A stretch of DNA of 64,000 bases from assembly GCA_963703985.1 (NCBI GenBank), contig CAVPGH010000001.1, positions 1,122,746 to 1,186,745 on the forward strand, written 5' to 3'. Origin of the DNA: an uncultured Acidobacteriota bacterium. GTDB taxonomy: Bacteria; Acidobacteriota; Vicinamibacteria; Fen-336. Below, in pieces: positions 55,775-64,000 of this stretch. The notes beneath the pieces were generated by a model that worked only from the letters and a program-made list of their open reading frames with translations, made no database searches and was not told where the DNA came from. Every line of letters starts with the position of its first letter. Positions within the stretch are counted from its first letter, which is position 1. Both the position numbers and the translations under genes were made by a program.

Positions 55775-56824
55775 ATGGCAGTCTCCACCCAGATCCGGAT
55801 GAAGCAGGACTCCGTCGTCATCCGCCTGAAACCCGGCCTGTCGCGGGACGACGCCGACAACCCGGGCACGATCTGCCTCCACTGGCCCGGGCCCCGGCGG
55901 GCCTTCCGCGACGTCTTCATCGAGAACTACGAGAACCTCCGCTCTTCCCGCGAGGCCCTTTCCGGCCCGGGGGTCACGGTGACCGCGATCGGGCCTTCGG
56001 GATTCGAGGGCTCCGCCGTGATCTCCGCCCAGCGCGACGAGATCAACGTCCTGACCATCGGACGGCACAGCCATGCCGACCTCTTCCTGTCCGGCGAGAT
56101 GCTCCTCTCCCTTCGCCAGGGCGCGGTGATCGTGTACCCGCTCGTCGCGGGCGAGAACGTCCGGTTCAGGGTCCTGGACCTGCGCGCGGCCAGCCCCTTC
56201 GAGGACGAGCGGGGGAGCCCGTTCGGGGCGCTCGAGGCCGACGGGCCGGTCTTCCTCAATGCCGGCAACTACTCGATCTTCGTCTTCCCGATGAGGCCCG
56301 ACTCGCCGCGATGGTCGGGGTCACCCGAGCAGGTCTGGGAGGGAATACCAGAACGCGTCTACATCGAAGAGCTCGCCGTGGAGCGCGCGGAGGAGCGCTT
56401 CCGGGCTCGATCCGCGAGCGGGTGGCGGCACGGGGACACGCTGGCCCTGTCGCTCCCCGGCCCCACCCTCGAGGACGAGAGGCTGCTCGAAGAGGGGGAG
56501 CCGGCGCGAGGCCAGCTCGTGGTCCGCTCGGACGCGGGCGAGATGACGCTGGTCCTGGGGCGGGCCGCCGCCTCGAGAGGGGTGCTGCTCGGCCGGTACG
56601 AGCGCTGCGACGGCAGCCGTCTCGGGGTGCTGAACGACCCCGCCATCTCGAGGGTGCACGCGCTCGTGATCGAGATCGCGGGAAAGCTTTACGCGGTAGA
56701 CGCGGGCAGCAAGAACGGCCTGTGGGTGGGAGGAAAGCGCGTTCCCCTGGCCGGGCTCCGCGCCGGAATGCCGGTGGTGCTCGCCGGCCACGTGGCCCGG
56801 CTCGAGTGGGCCTTCCGGCACTGA
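55775..56824 (+). CDS. FHA-domain protein (two FHA-like modules)
   Basis: C-terminal FHA: LVLGRAAASRGVLLGRYERCDGSRLGVLNDPAISRVHALVIEIAGKLYAVDAGSKNGLWVGGKRV; N-terminal FHA-like LTIGRHSHADLFLSGEMLLSLRQGAVIV. Confidence 0.7.
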   Translation: MAVSTQIRMKQDSVVIRLKPGLSRDDADNPGTICLHWPGPRRAFRDVFIENYENLRSSREALSGPGVTVTAIGPSGFEGSAVISAQRDEINVLTIGRHSHADLFLSGEMLLSLRQGAVIVYPLVAGENVRFRVLDLRAASPFEDERGSPFGALEADGPVFLNAGNYSIFVFPMRPDSPRWSGSPEQVWEGIPERVYIEELAVERAEERFRARSASGWRHGDTLALSLPGPTLEDERLLEEGEPARGQLVVRSDAGEMTLVLGRAAASRGVLLGRYERCDGSRLGVLNDPAISRVHALVIEIAGKLYAVDAGSKNGLWVGGKRVPLAGLRAGMPVVLAGHVARLEWAFRH

Positions 56825-56857
56825 CGAGCCCCCGTTCGCGGCCCCCCGCCCGCCGGG

Positions 56858-57985
56858 CTAGACTTTTTCCCAGCGTCGCCGTCGCGCGGAACGGGTCCAG
56901 GCGGCCAGCACCTTCTGGTTGCGCACACCGTCCTCGAAAGTAGGCCGCGGCGACCGGCCGTCCGCGATGCCCTCGAGCAGATCGTAGAAAGTGTGGATGA
57001 AGGTGTGCTCGTATCCGATGATGTGGCCGGGTGGCCACCAGGCCTTGACGTACGGATGGTGGGCGGGCTCGGTGACGAGGATGGTGCGGAAGCCGAGCCG
57101 GCCGGGAGGGTCGTCGACCCGGTACACCTCGAGCTCGTTCATGCGCTCGAGGTCGAAGGCCAGGCTCCCCTTGCTGCCGTTGATCTCGAACCGGTTGTAG
57201 TTCTTCCGCCCGGGGGCGAGGCGCGTGCCCTCGATCGTGCCCGTGGCCCCGTTCGCGAAGCGGACGAGGGCGGCGGACGCGTCGTCGACCGTGACCTTGC
57301 CCTTCTTCGCGGGGTTCTCGGGGAGGGGCCGCTCCTTGATGAAGGTCTTCAGGTCGCCGGAAACCGCGGTGATCTCCCCGACGAGGAAGCGGGCGAGGTC
57401 GACGGAGTGGCAGGCGATGTCGCCGAGCGCGCCCGATCCCGCCTTCTCCTTCTGGAAGCGCCAGAGGAGGGGCAGCTTCGGATCGACGATCCAGTCCTGG
57501 AGGTAGGTCCCGCGGTAGTGGTAGATCTCGCCGAGCTCGCCCGCCTCGACCATCTGCTTCGCGAGCCAGACCGCGGGCGCGCGGCGGTAGTTGTGGCAGA
57601 CCATGTGGACGACCCCGGCCTTCTTGACCGCGGCGAGCATCTTCTCGGCGTCGCGCACGGTGTTCGCGAGGGGCTTCTCGCACAGCACCGCCTTGCCCGC
57701 GCGGGCCGCCGCGATCGCGATCTCGGCGTGGCTGTCGCCGGGGGTGCTCACGTCCACGAGGTCGATGTCCTTGCGCCGCACCACCTCGCGCCAGTCGGTG
57801 GCCGTCTCCTCCCAGCCCAGCCGGCCCGCCGCCTCCTTCACCGCCACCGGGTCGCGGCCGCACAGGACCTTCATGCGGGGACGGAGGCGGGGGGACATCG
57901 ACGGCCCCACCTGGCGGTAGGCGTTGCTGTGGGCGCGGCCCATGAAGGCGTACCCGATGAGGGCCACCCCGATCTCGCCGGTCAT
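56858..57985 (-). CDS. Gfo/Idh/MocA family oxidoreductase
   Basis: [16 protein letters not shown] Rossmann; EKPLA motif. Confidence 0.85.
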   Translation of the reverse strand: MTGEIGVALIGYAFMGRAHSNAYRQVGPSMSPRLRPRMKVLCGRDPVAVKEAAGRLGWEETATDWREVVRRKDIDLVDVSTPGDSHAEIAIAAARAGKAVLCEKPLANTVRDAEKMLAAVKKAGVVHMVCHNYRRAPAVWLAKQMVEAGELGEIYHYRGTYLQDWIVDPKLPLLWRFQKEKAGSGALGDIACHSVDLARFLVGEITAVSGDLKTFIKERPLPENPAKKGKVTVDDASAALVRFANGATGTIEGTRLAPGRKNYNRFEINGSKGSLAFDLERMNELEVYRVDDPPGRLGFRTILVTEPAHHPYVKAWWPPGHIIGYEHTFIHTFYDLLEGIADGRSPRPTFEDGVRNQKVLAAWTRSARRRRWEKV

Positions 57986-58013
57986 CTTCTTCCCTCGCCT
58001 CCGTGCCGGCGGT

Positions 58014-59708
58014 CTAGAGGTTCCCGCGCTTCATCTCCCCGAGCAGGTAGTCGGTGGAGCGCACGGCGAGGGCCATGATGGTCAGGGTCGGGTTCTGGCA
58101 GGCGCCGGAGGTGAAGCCCGCGCCGTCCATCACGAACAGGTTCGAGACGTCGTGGGCCTGCTGGTACTGGTTGAGCACCGACGTCTTGGGGTTCTTGCCC
58201 ATCCGGGCCACCCCGATCTCGTGGATGCCGAAGCCGGGGACGCGGTCGAGGTGCATGAAGGGCTTGATGTTCTTCGCCCCGCTCGCCTCCAGGATCTCCG
58301 CCGCCGATTCCATCATGTCCGGGATCATCTTCTTCTCGTTGTCGCCCCAGGACATGTTGATCCGGAGCACGGGGATGCCGAACACGTCGCACACGTTCCT
58401 GTCGATCTCGACGTAGTTCTCGTAGTAGGGCAGGCACTCTCCGAAGCCGTCCAGCTTGTAGCGGATCACGGGATCGAGTACGGCGCTCTTGAAGGCGGCG
58501 CCGAAGCCGGGGGCCTGCCAGTTGAAGCTCGTGCTCCCCCCGCCCTGGAAGCCGTACCCTCGGAGGAAGTTCTTGTCCCGCGGCCCGTTCTTCGTGTTGC
58601 GGAAGCGGATCACGTACATGCCGTCGGGGCGCTGGGGAGCGCTCGCGCTCGGCTTGTCGTACTTCGCGAGGTCGGGGAACTCGCCGGCGGCGCCCCCCGC
58701 CACCCAGAGGTGGTCCATCAGGTAGTGGCCGAGCACCCCCGACGAGTTGGCGAGGCCGCTCGGGTCCTGCTCGCTCGACGAGTTCAGCATGATGCGCGCC
58801 GACTCCAGGGCCTGGGCGGCGAGCACCACCGTCCGGGCGTGGACCTCCTTGGCCTCCCGCGTCACCCGGTCGATATAGAGCACGCCTCGCGCCCGGTGGG
58901 TGGCGGGGTCCATGAGGACCTTGTAGACCATCGCGTTGGGCACGAGCGTGCAGTGACCGGTGGCGAGGGCGTCGGCGACGGTGGTGAATGCGGAGTTGAA
59001 GTAGGACTTGGTCACGCAGCCGCGGTCGCAGGGCCCGCAGTAGTGGCAGGGCTGGCGGCCGTTGATGGGCTTGGTGATGTTCGCGGAGCGCCCGAGGGTG
59101 ATCGTCCAGCCGAGCTTCTTCTTGGTCTGGGCGGACACGTACCGCTCCACGCAGCGCATCCCCATGGGGGGGTGGAAGTGGCCGTCGGGCAGCTCGTAGA
59201 CCCCTTCCGCGATTCCCGTGATCCCGACGTAGTCCTCCACGAGGTCGTAGTAGGGGGCGAGGTCCTCGTAGCCGAGCGGCCAGTCCTCGCCGAAGCCGTC
59301 GAAGGAGGCGGACTTGAAGTCGAGGTCGGACAGCCGGTAGCTCTGGCGGCCCCACACGTTGGTGCGGCCGCCCACCACCTGCATGCGCCCCTGCCAGGAG
59401 AAGGGCTTGCCTTCGGGCGTGGTGTAGGGCTCCTCGAGGTCGTTCCGGAACCAGTCGTAGTTCCACTCGCTGCAGGAGCCGAGCTGGGTCTGCACCGGCC
59501 GGGTGCGGCGGATCATGTCCCGCCCCTGATTGCGGTACTTCAGGTCGAAGGCGGGGACGTGCTCCTTGTATTCCTCCGGCTTGAGCACACGCCCGGCGTC
59601 GAGGAGGGCCACGTTCACCCCCGCCTCGGCGAGGCGCTTGGCCGCCCATCCCCCCGACGCCCCCGAGCCGACGACGATCACGTCGAAAGAGGCTGCTGCT
59701 TTCTGCAT
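58014..59708 (-). CDS. GMC-family FAD oxidoreductase (intact paralog)
   Basis: [23 protein letters not shown]; C-terminal HEIGVARMG...[44 protein letters not shown]; 564 aa, uninterrupted. Confidence 0.85.
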   Translation of the reverse strand: MQKAAASFDVIVVGSGASGGWAAKRLAEAGVNVALLDAGRVLKPEEYKEHVPAFDLKYRNQGRDMIRRTRPVQTQLGSCSEWNYDWFRNDLEEPYTTPEGKPFSWQGRMQVVGGRTNVWGRQSYRLSDLDFKSASFDGFGEDWPLGYEDLAPYYDLVEDYVGITGIAEGVYELPDGHFHPPMGMRCVERYVSAQTKKKLGWTITLGRSANITKPINGRQPCHYCGPCDRGCVTKSYFNSAFTTVADALATGHCTLVPNAMVYKVLMDPATHRARGVLYIDRVTREAKEVHARTVVLAAQALESARIMLNSSSEQDPSGLANSSGVLGHYLMDHLWVAGGAAGEFPDLAKYDKPSASAPQRPDGMYVIRFRNTKNGPRDKNFLRGYGFQGGGSTSFNWQAPGFGAAFKSAVLDPVIRYKLDGFGECLPYYENYVEIDRNVCDVFGIPVLRINMSWGDNEKKMIPDMMESAAEILEASGAKNIKPFMHLDRVPGFGIHEIGVARMGKNPKTSVLNQYQQAHDVSNLFVMDGAGFTSGACQNPTLTIMALAVRSTDYLLGEMKRGNL

Positions 59709-59771
59709 GGGCTTCTCCTACGCTGACTTCGCCACGACGACGCGAACGATAGCACTTTTCACCGGCCCGCC

Positions 59772-62555
59772 TCAGACCCGCGGCGCGTCCGCGAGCCGCG
59801 CCTGCGCCTGGCGCACGGTCTCGCGCAGGAGCGGGTCGGGGTCGTCGCGCCACGCGTCCAGGTGCGGCGCGAGCGAGACGAGCCCGAGCGAGCCGATCGC
59901 GTAGGCGGCGCACGAGCGCAGCCACGGATCGCCCGTGCTGGCGAGGGCCTCGATCCCCTGCTCGGGGCTCTCGACCGGTGCGCCGACGAGTCGGTGCGCG
60001 AGGCGTACCCGCTGCGCCTCCGGGACCTCGGGGTCGACGAGCGGCACGAGCAGCGCCTTCGTCTCCGGCCGCAGCAGGCTCTCGAGCAGATCGAGCGCCT
60101 GGTCGTGGATCACCGCGTTGCCGGACTGCAGCGCCACCCACGCGGCGCGGAAATCACGGCGGGGATGGAGCAGGTCGAGCAGCCGGAAGATCCGCTCCAG
60201 CTCCTGCCTCATCGCCGTCCGCAAGCCGCGCTCGATCGGCTCCGGCCCCCCCGGCCCCCTGTGCGGCGGACCCGGCGGGGGAACCGGGCCAGCGATGATG
60301 CCCAGGATCTGGTAGGAGCGGTAGTGGCCGAGCACCTCGGCGGTGAGCCCGGACTCGAGCAGGCGTGTGTCGATCGGCAGCGCGGGCTGGTCGTCCCGCA
60401 TCGTGCCGAGGGCCACGAGGATCCGCATGCGCAGGGCCGCGTCGCCGTCCAGGAGGTGCTCGGCCAGCAGCTCCGTGGCCGCCTCGCCCCCGACGCGCTC
60501 GAGTACCGCGGGGACCGCGCGTCGCGCGGCGGGCGGGACGCGCCGATCCCCGAGCAGGGCGGCGAGCGGTGCGAGCGCCTCCTCGCCCACGGCGAGCAGC
60601 GCCTCCTGCACCTCGGTCGCGAGCGCGGGCTCGCCGAGGCGCGCGACCAGCTCCTCGACGAACGGCCGGGCGTCGTGGCGCGCCACCGCCCGGATCGCCG
60701 TACGCGCGACCTCGGGGTCCTCGTCACGGAGCAGCCGCCGCAGGGCGTTCTCGAAGGGCAGGGGCTGGCGCTCCGCGAGCCGCGCGGCCTCGAGACGGGT
60801 CCGCTGCCCGGCGGCGCCGGCCTCGGCGACCATCGCCTCGAACAGCGGCTCCGCCGCCTCGAGCCGCCCGTCTCCGAGCCGCGCCAGCACCGCGACCACG
60901 GCCGCCCGCACCGAGAAGTCCGGGAAGTCCGCGAGGTCCTTGATCCGGGACAGCGGGTCCACGTGGGCGTGGCGCGACAGGTAGAGCAGGGCCTCGGTGC
61001 GGACCTCGAGCTGGGGGTCGTGCAGCAGGGCCTCGGCGCGATTGGCGATGGAGAGGTCTCCCGCCTCGCTCAAAATCGCGAGCGCCCGCCGGCGCACGTC
61101 GGCGTCCGCGTGGTCGAGCAAGCCGCGCAGCGCCGGGTGGGCCGCCGCGGCGTGGCGGTCGGCCCCCAGCAGGTCGAGCGCGTAGAGGATCTCCTTCGGA
61201 TCCACCGCTCCGAGCCGCGACGCCAGCACCGCGGTCGTCTCGCGGTCGAACACCGTCGCGGAGGCCCGCTCGGTATCGAGCCGGTGCTGCTGCAGGCCCT
61301 CCTCGAGCGTCGCCACGTAGCGGTGGTGGACGCGCGACGCGAGCAGAAGCCACACGCCGATCGCGGGCAGGGTCACGAGGCTGAGGCGTGAGGCCCCCGC
61401 GCCGCCGAGCGTCGCGAGGATGAGCACGACGAGCCCGGCGAGGCCGTCGCCCGCCCGCCACGCCACGGTGTCGATGAACGATTTCGCGGGCAGCTTGATC
61501 GCGGTCGGCACCGGCAGGTAGAGCAGCTCCATCGCCGGCCGGTCGATCGAGTAGCGCAGCACCTTGTCCGTCCCCTTCAGCAGGATCGCGGCGCCGAGCG
61601 TCGAGAACGCGAGCAGTCCGGCCGACCCGAAGATGAGACCGAGGGGCAAGAGGAAGAGCACCGGCCCCAGGCCCAGCCGCCGCAGGACTCTCGCCGTCAG
61701 CAGCACCTGGGTCGCCACGCACAGCAGGCCCACCCAGGCGTTGAAGGACCCGAAGAACGCGGCCATGGCGTCCTTGCTCACGAGCGTCTGCTGGGCGATC
61801 GCCTTGAACTGCCAGCTCGCGACCGCGGTCACGAAGGAGGAGAGCACCACCACCACGGTGATCGCCCGCAGGTGGGCGGATCGCATCACCAGGCGCAGGC
61901 TGGAGCGCAGGCCGCCGCGGTCGGTCGATGCCGGCCCCGTCACATGGCGCAGCGCGGCCGGGCGGCGACGCCAGAGAGCGGAGACGAGCACGGTCGCGAG
62001 CAGCAGCAGCCCCGACATCAGCACGAGCAGGCTCTCGGCGCCAAAGCGGCGGGCGAGGGCGCTCGAGACGAAGCCGCCGGCCGTCGCCCCCAGAGTGGCG
62101 CCCGCTCCCACGAAGCCGAACATACGGCGAGCCTCGCGAGGGGTCAGGACGTAGTTGGCGAGCGTCCAGACCTGGGCGGGGGCGAGCACGCCGAAGACAC
62201 CGACCAGGATGTAGACGGCAGGGAAGAGCCAGGCGGGCGGCGACCCGCGGGCGAGGACCGCGAACACGAGGCTCACCGCCCCGAAGACGACCAGGCTCCC
62301 CGAGATCAGGCGGTCGAGGGAAAGCCACCGGCCCGCGCGCACGTAGAGCGCGACCACCGCGCCCACGGTGAGGAACAACGACATGTCGGCGAAGGGCAGC
62401 CGCGACGCGCTGAAGCGGCCGAGGAAGAGCGCGTCGCGCGCCACCTGGCCGACCAGGTAGGCGCAGATGACGAGGAAGAGATGCGTGAAGAGCAGCAGCC
62501 CGCGGGCAAGGTCCCCCCGTTGCAGTTGGAGAAGCCGCTCGAGGGTCCGCCGCAT
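59772..62555 (-). CDS. fusion protein: N-terminal 12-TM transporter (TLC / MFS-like) plus C-terminal HEAT-repeat domain
   Basis: About 420-aa polytopic membrane region, then about 500 aa of HEAT-like helical repeats (repeated RRRALAILSEAGD / VRTEALLYLSRHA / VARTAIRAVARHD units). Confidence 0.65.
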   Translation of the reverse strand: MRRTLERLLQLQRGDLARGLLLFTHLFLVICAYLVGQVARDALFLGRFSASRLPFADMSLFLTVGAVVALYVRAGRWLSLDRLISGSLVVFGAVSLVFAVLARGSPPAWLFPAVYILVGVFGVLAPAQVWTLANYVLTPREARRMFGFVGAGATLGATAGGFVSSALARRFGAESLLVLMSGLLLLATVLVSALWRRRPAALRHVTGPASTDRGGLRSSLRLVMRSAHLRAITVVVVLSSFVTAVASWQFKAIAQQTLVSKDAMAAFFGSFNAWVGLLCVATQVLLTARVLRRLGLGPVLFLLPLGLIFGSAGLLAFSTLGAAILLKGTDKVLRYSIDRPAMELLYLPVPTAIKLPAKSFIDTVAWRAGDGLAGLVVLILATLGGAGASRLSLVTLPAIGVWLLLASRVHHRYVATLEEGLQQHRLDTERASATVFDRETTAVLASRLGAVDPKEILYALDLLGADRHAAAAHPALRGLLDHADADVRRRALAILSEAGDLSIANRAEALLHDPQLEVRTEALLYLSRHAHVDPLSRIKDLADFPDFSVRAAVVAVLARLGDGRLEAAEPLFEAMVAEAGAAGQRTRLEAARLAERQPLPFENALRRLLRDEDPEVARTAIRAVARHDARPFVEELVARLGEPALATEVQEALLAVGEEALAPLAALLGDRRVPPAARRAVPAVLERVGGEAATELLAEHLLDGDAALRMRILVALGTMRDDQPALPIDTRLLESGLTAEVLGHYRSYQILGIIAGPVPPPGPPHRGPGGPEPIERGLRTAMRQELERIFRLLDLLHPRRDFRAAWVALQSGNAVIHDQALDLLESLLRPETKALLVPLVDPEVPEAQRVRLAHRLVGAPVESPEQGIEALASTGDPWLRSCAAYAIGSLGLVSLAPHLDAWRDDPDPLLRETVRQAQARLADAPRV

Positions 62556-62598
62556 CGGGAGTTGCGCGCCTCAGTGCAGAGGCGCCCGCCGGCGCATC

Positions 62599-63855
62599 CT
62601 ACGCAGCCTTCGCGATTGCTGCTTCCGGAGAGCCCTTTTCCTCCCGGAAGAGGAGGGCGAAGATCACGATCACGACGAAGGCCATGGCCGCGGGCACGAT
62701 CCAGATCGAGCGCCAGTGGTGCCCGAGGATCTCCGTCCCCCGCATCACCTGGTAGGCCTCGACCACGCGACCCGAGACGAGGCTGCCGATGAGCATGCCC
62801 ACGCCGTAGGTGATGAGGGTGATGAAGCCCTGGGCGCTGGCCTGGATCGACTTGGGCGCGGTGTTGTCCACGTAGATCTGCCCGGTCACGAAGAAGAAGT
62901 CGTAGCACACGCCGTGGAGCAGGATGCCCAGGTAATAGAAGAGGACGAGCTCCGACGCGTTGCCGAAGGCGAAGAGGAGGTAGCGGGCCGCCCACGCCAG
63001 CATGCCCACGATCAGCATCTTCTTCACGCCCAGGCGCACGAAGAAGAAGGGCATCACGAGCATGAAGAGGACCTCGGACATCTGGCCCATCGTCATCTTG
63101 CCCGCGGCCCCCGCCACTCCCTGCTCGTTCAGGAAGAGGTTCGTGAAGTTGTAGTAGAAGGCGAGGGGGATGCAGATGAGGAGCGAGCCGAGCACGAACA
63201 CGGCGAAGGAGCGCTCCTTCATGAGCCCGAGCGCGTCGAGCCCGAGCACGTCGCGCACCGTCACCTTGTGCCCTAGCGATTTGGGTGGGGTGTGGGGAAG
63301 CGCGAAGGCGAAGAGGCCCAGGAGGAGGGAGCAGGCCGCCGCGATCTGCAGGGGCCGCGACGTGGCCTCCACCTTGAGGAGGCTGACGATCAGGCCCGCC
63401 ACGATCCAGCCGAGGGTGCCGAAGACGCGGACCGCCGGGAACTGCTTCTCCGGGCTCGCCATCTGGTTGAACGCGATCGCGTTCACCAGGGCCAGGGTGG
63501 GGTTGTAGCACATCGCATAGGCGAGAAGGATCCAGAACACCTCGCTCGGGGTGTGCGCGCGGGCGGCCACGTAGAGCAGGCCCGCGCCCAGAGTGTGCAT
63601 CAAGCCCAGCACCTTCTCCGCCGCGAAGAACCGGTCCGCGATCATCCCCACCAGGAAGGGGGCCACGATCGCGCCCCAGGGCATCGTGCTGTAGGCGGCG
63701 CCGATGTCGGTCCCCGCGAAGCCCTTGCCGAGGCCGAGGTAGGTGGAGAGGGTCACGAACCACGCCCCCCAGACGAAGAATTGCAGGAACATCATCGCGG
63801 ACAATCGCGCGCGCACCGACGGGGAAAGGGTGAGGTCCTGGCTCATGAAGTCCAC
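62599..63855 (-). CDS. MFS transporter (nucleoside:H+ symporter-like)
   Basis: 12 predicted TM helices; NupG/XapB-like N-terminus MFLQFFVWGAWFVTLSTYL. Confidence 0.75.
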   Translation of the reverse strand: MDFMSQDLTLSPSVRARLSAMMFLQFFVWGAWFVTLSTYLGLGKGFAGTDIGAAYSTMPWGAIVAPFLVGMIADRFFAAEKVLGLMHTLGAGLLYVAARAHTPSEVFWILLAYAMCYNPTLALVNAIAFNQMASPEKQFPAVRVFGTLGWIVAGLIVSLLKVEATSRPLQIAAACSLLLGLFAFALPHTPPKSLGHKVTVRDVLGLDALGLMKERSFAVFVLGSLLICIPLAFYYNFTNLFLNEQGVAGAAGKMTMGQMSEVLFMLVMPFFFVRLGVKKMLIVGMLAWAARYLLFAFGNASELVLFYYLGILLHGVCYDFFFVTGQIYVDNTAPKSIQASAQGFITLITYGVGMLIGSLVSGRVVEAYQVMRGTEILGHHWRSIWIVPAAMAFVVIVIFALLFREEKGSPEAAIAKAA

Positions 63856-64000
63856 CCCCGAATCCGCCAGAGAGTACAGGCGGACGATCGGCGGGTCAAA
63901 GCCGGGAATCGGTCAGAGGTACAGGTTGCAGCTGGGCCAGGAACGTCCTGGTCGGATTGTCGCTGGGCGGTCGCTGGTGTTAACCTCCACCGGCAAAGCG

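Noticed and set aside
59862-61391. 509-aa + ORF and other R/G-rich ORFs across 59.8-62.8 kb
   Set aside because: Antisense to the intact 927-aa transporter-HEAT gene.

Overview
This is a high-GC (about 68-70%) chromosomal window. It is densely coding on both strands, with no rRNA, convincing tRNA or CRISPR. The gene content points to Acidobacteriota or a related phylum; this is inference and rests on: a TonB-type outer-membrane receptor with a carboxypeptidase-regulatory N-domain, Ser/Thr kinases fused to TolB-like beta-propellers, an ECF-sigma/STK pair, HAF repeats, and repeated GMC / Gfo-Idh-MocA / xylose-isomerase-like / DUF1080 sugar-oxidation genes. Many ORFs in the six-frame track are antisense artefacts of the GC bias and are rejected below.

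The most striking feature is a co-directional 12.7-kb minus-strand gene string at 24742-37494. It encodes, in order: a CusRS-like two-component system, a monoheme cytochrome c, a decaheme MtrA/MtoA/PioA-like cytochrome, an MtrB/PioB-like outer-membrane porin, a lysine-rich monoheme cytochrome c, a pentaheme NrfB/ActA-like cytochrome, a Tat-exported molybdopterin-family subunit, a 4Fe-4S subunit, an NrfD/PsrC-like membrane subunit, and a protein of four tandem monoheme-c domains. I read this as a candidate outer-membrane-to-quinone electron conduit (metal oxidation or reduction). I do not recognise this exact organisation as characterised.

A second theme is a set of glycoside 3-dehydrogenase-like loci (GMC flavoprotein, Tat small subunit, DUF1080 hydrolase, xylose-isomerase-like TIM barrels, Gfo/Idh/MocA, PmoA-family).

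Many genes between about 21.6 and 34.8 kb, and a large BNR/Ig-like secreted protein at 50.6-53.7 kb, are broken by single-nucleotide frameshifts. Homology continues in another frame each time, and the shift is often an extra C in a GC-rich context. These are either consensus errors or pseudogenes and need read-level checking.

Other notable features:
- An 87%-identical orphan copy of the 3' end of the DUF1080 gene, 17 kb away.
- A pair of about 215-bp direct repeats carrying a tRNA-like T-loop/CCA motif that bracket an ECF-sigma/kinase/HAF module.
- An in-frame TAA splitting one apparent gene.
- A VapBC-like toxin-antitoxin pair.
- A LysR operator palindrome.
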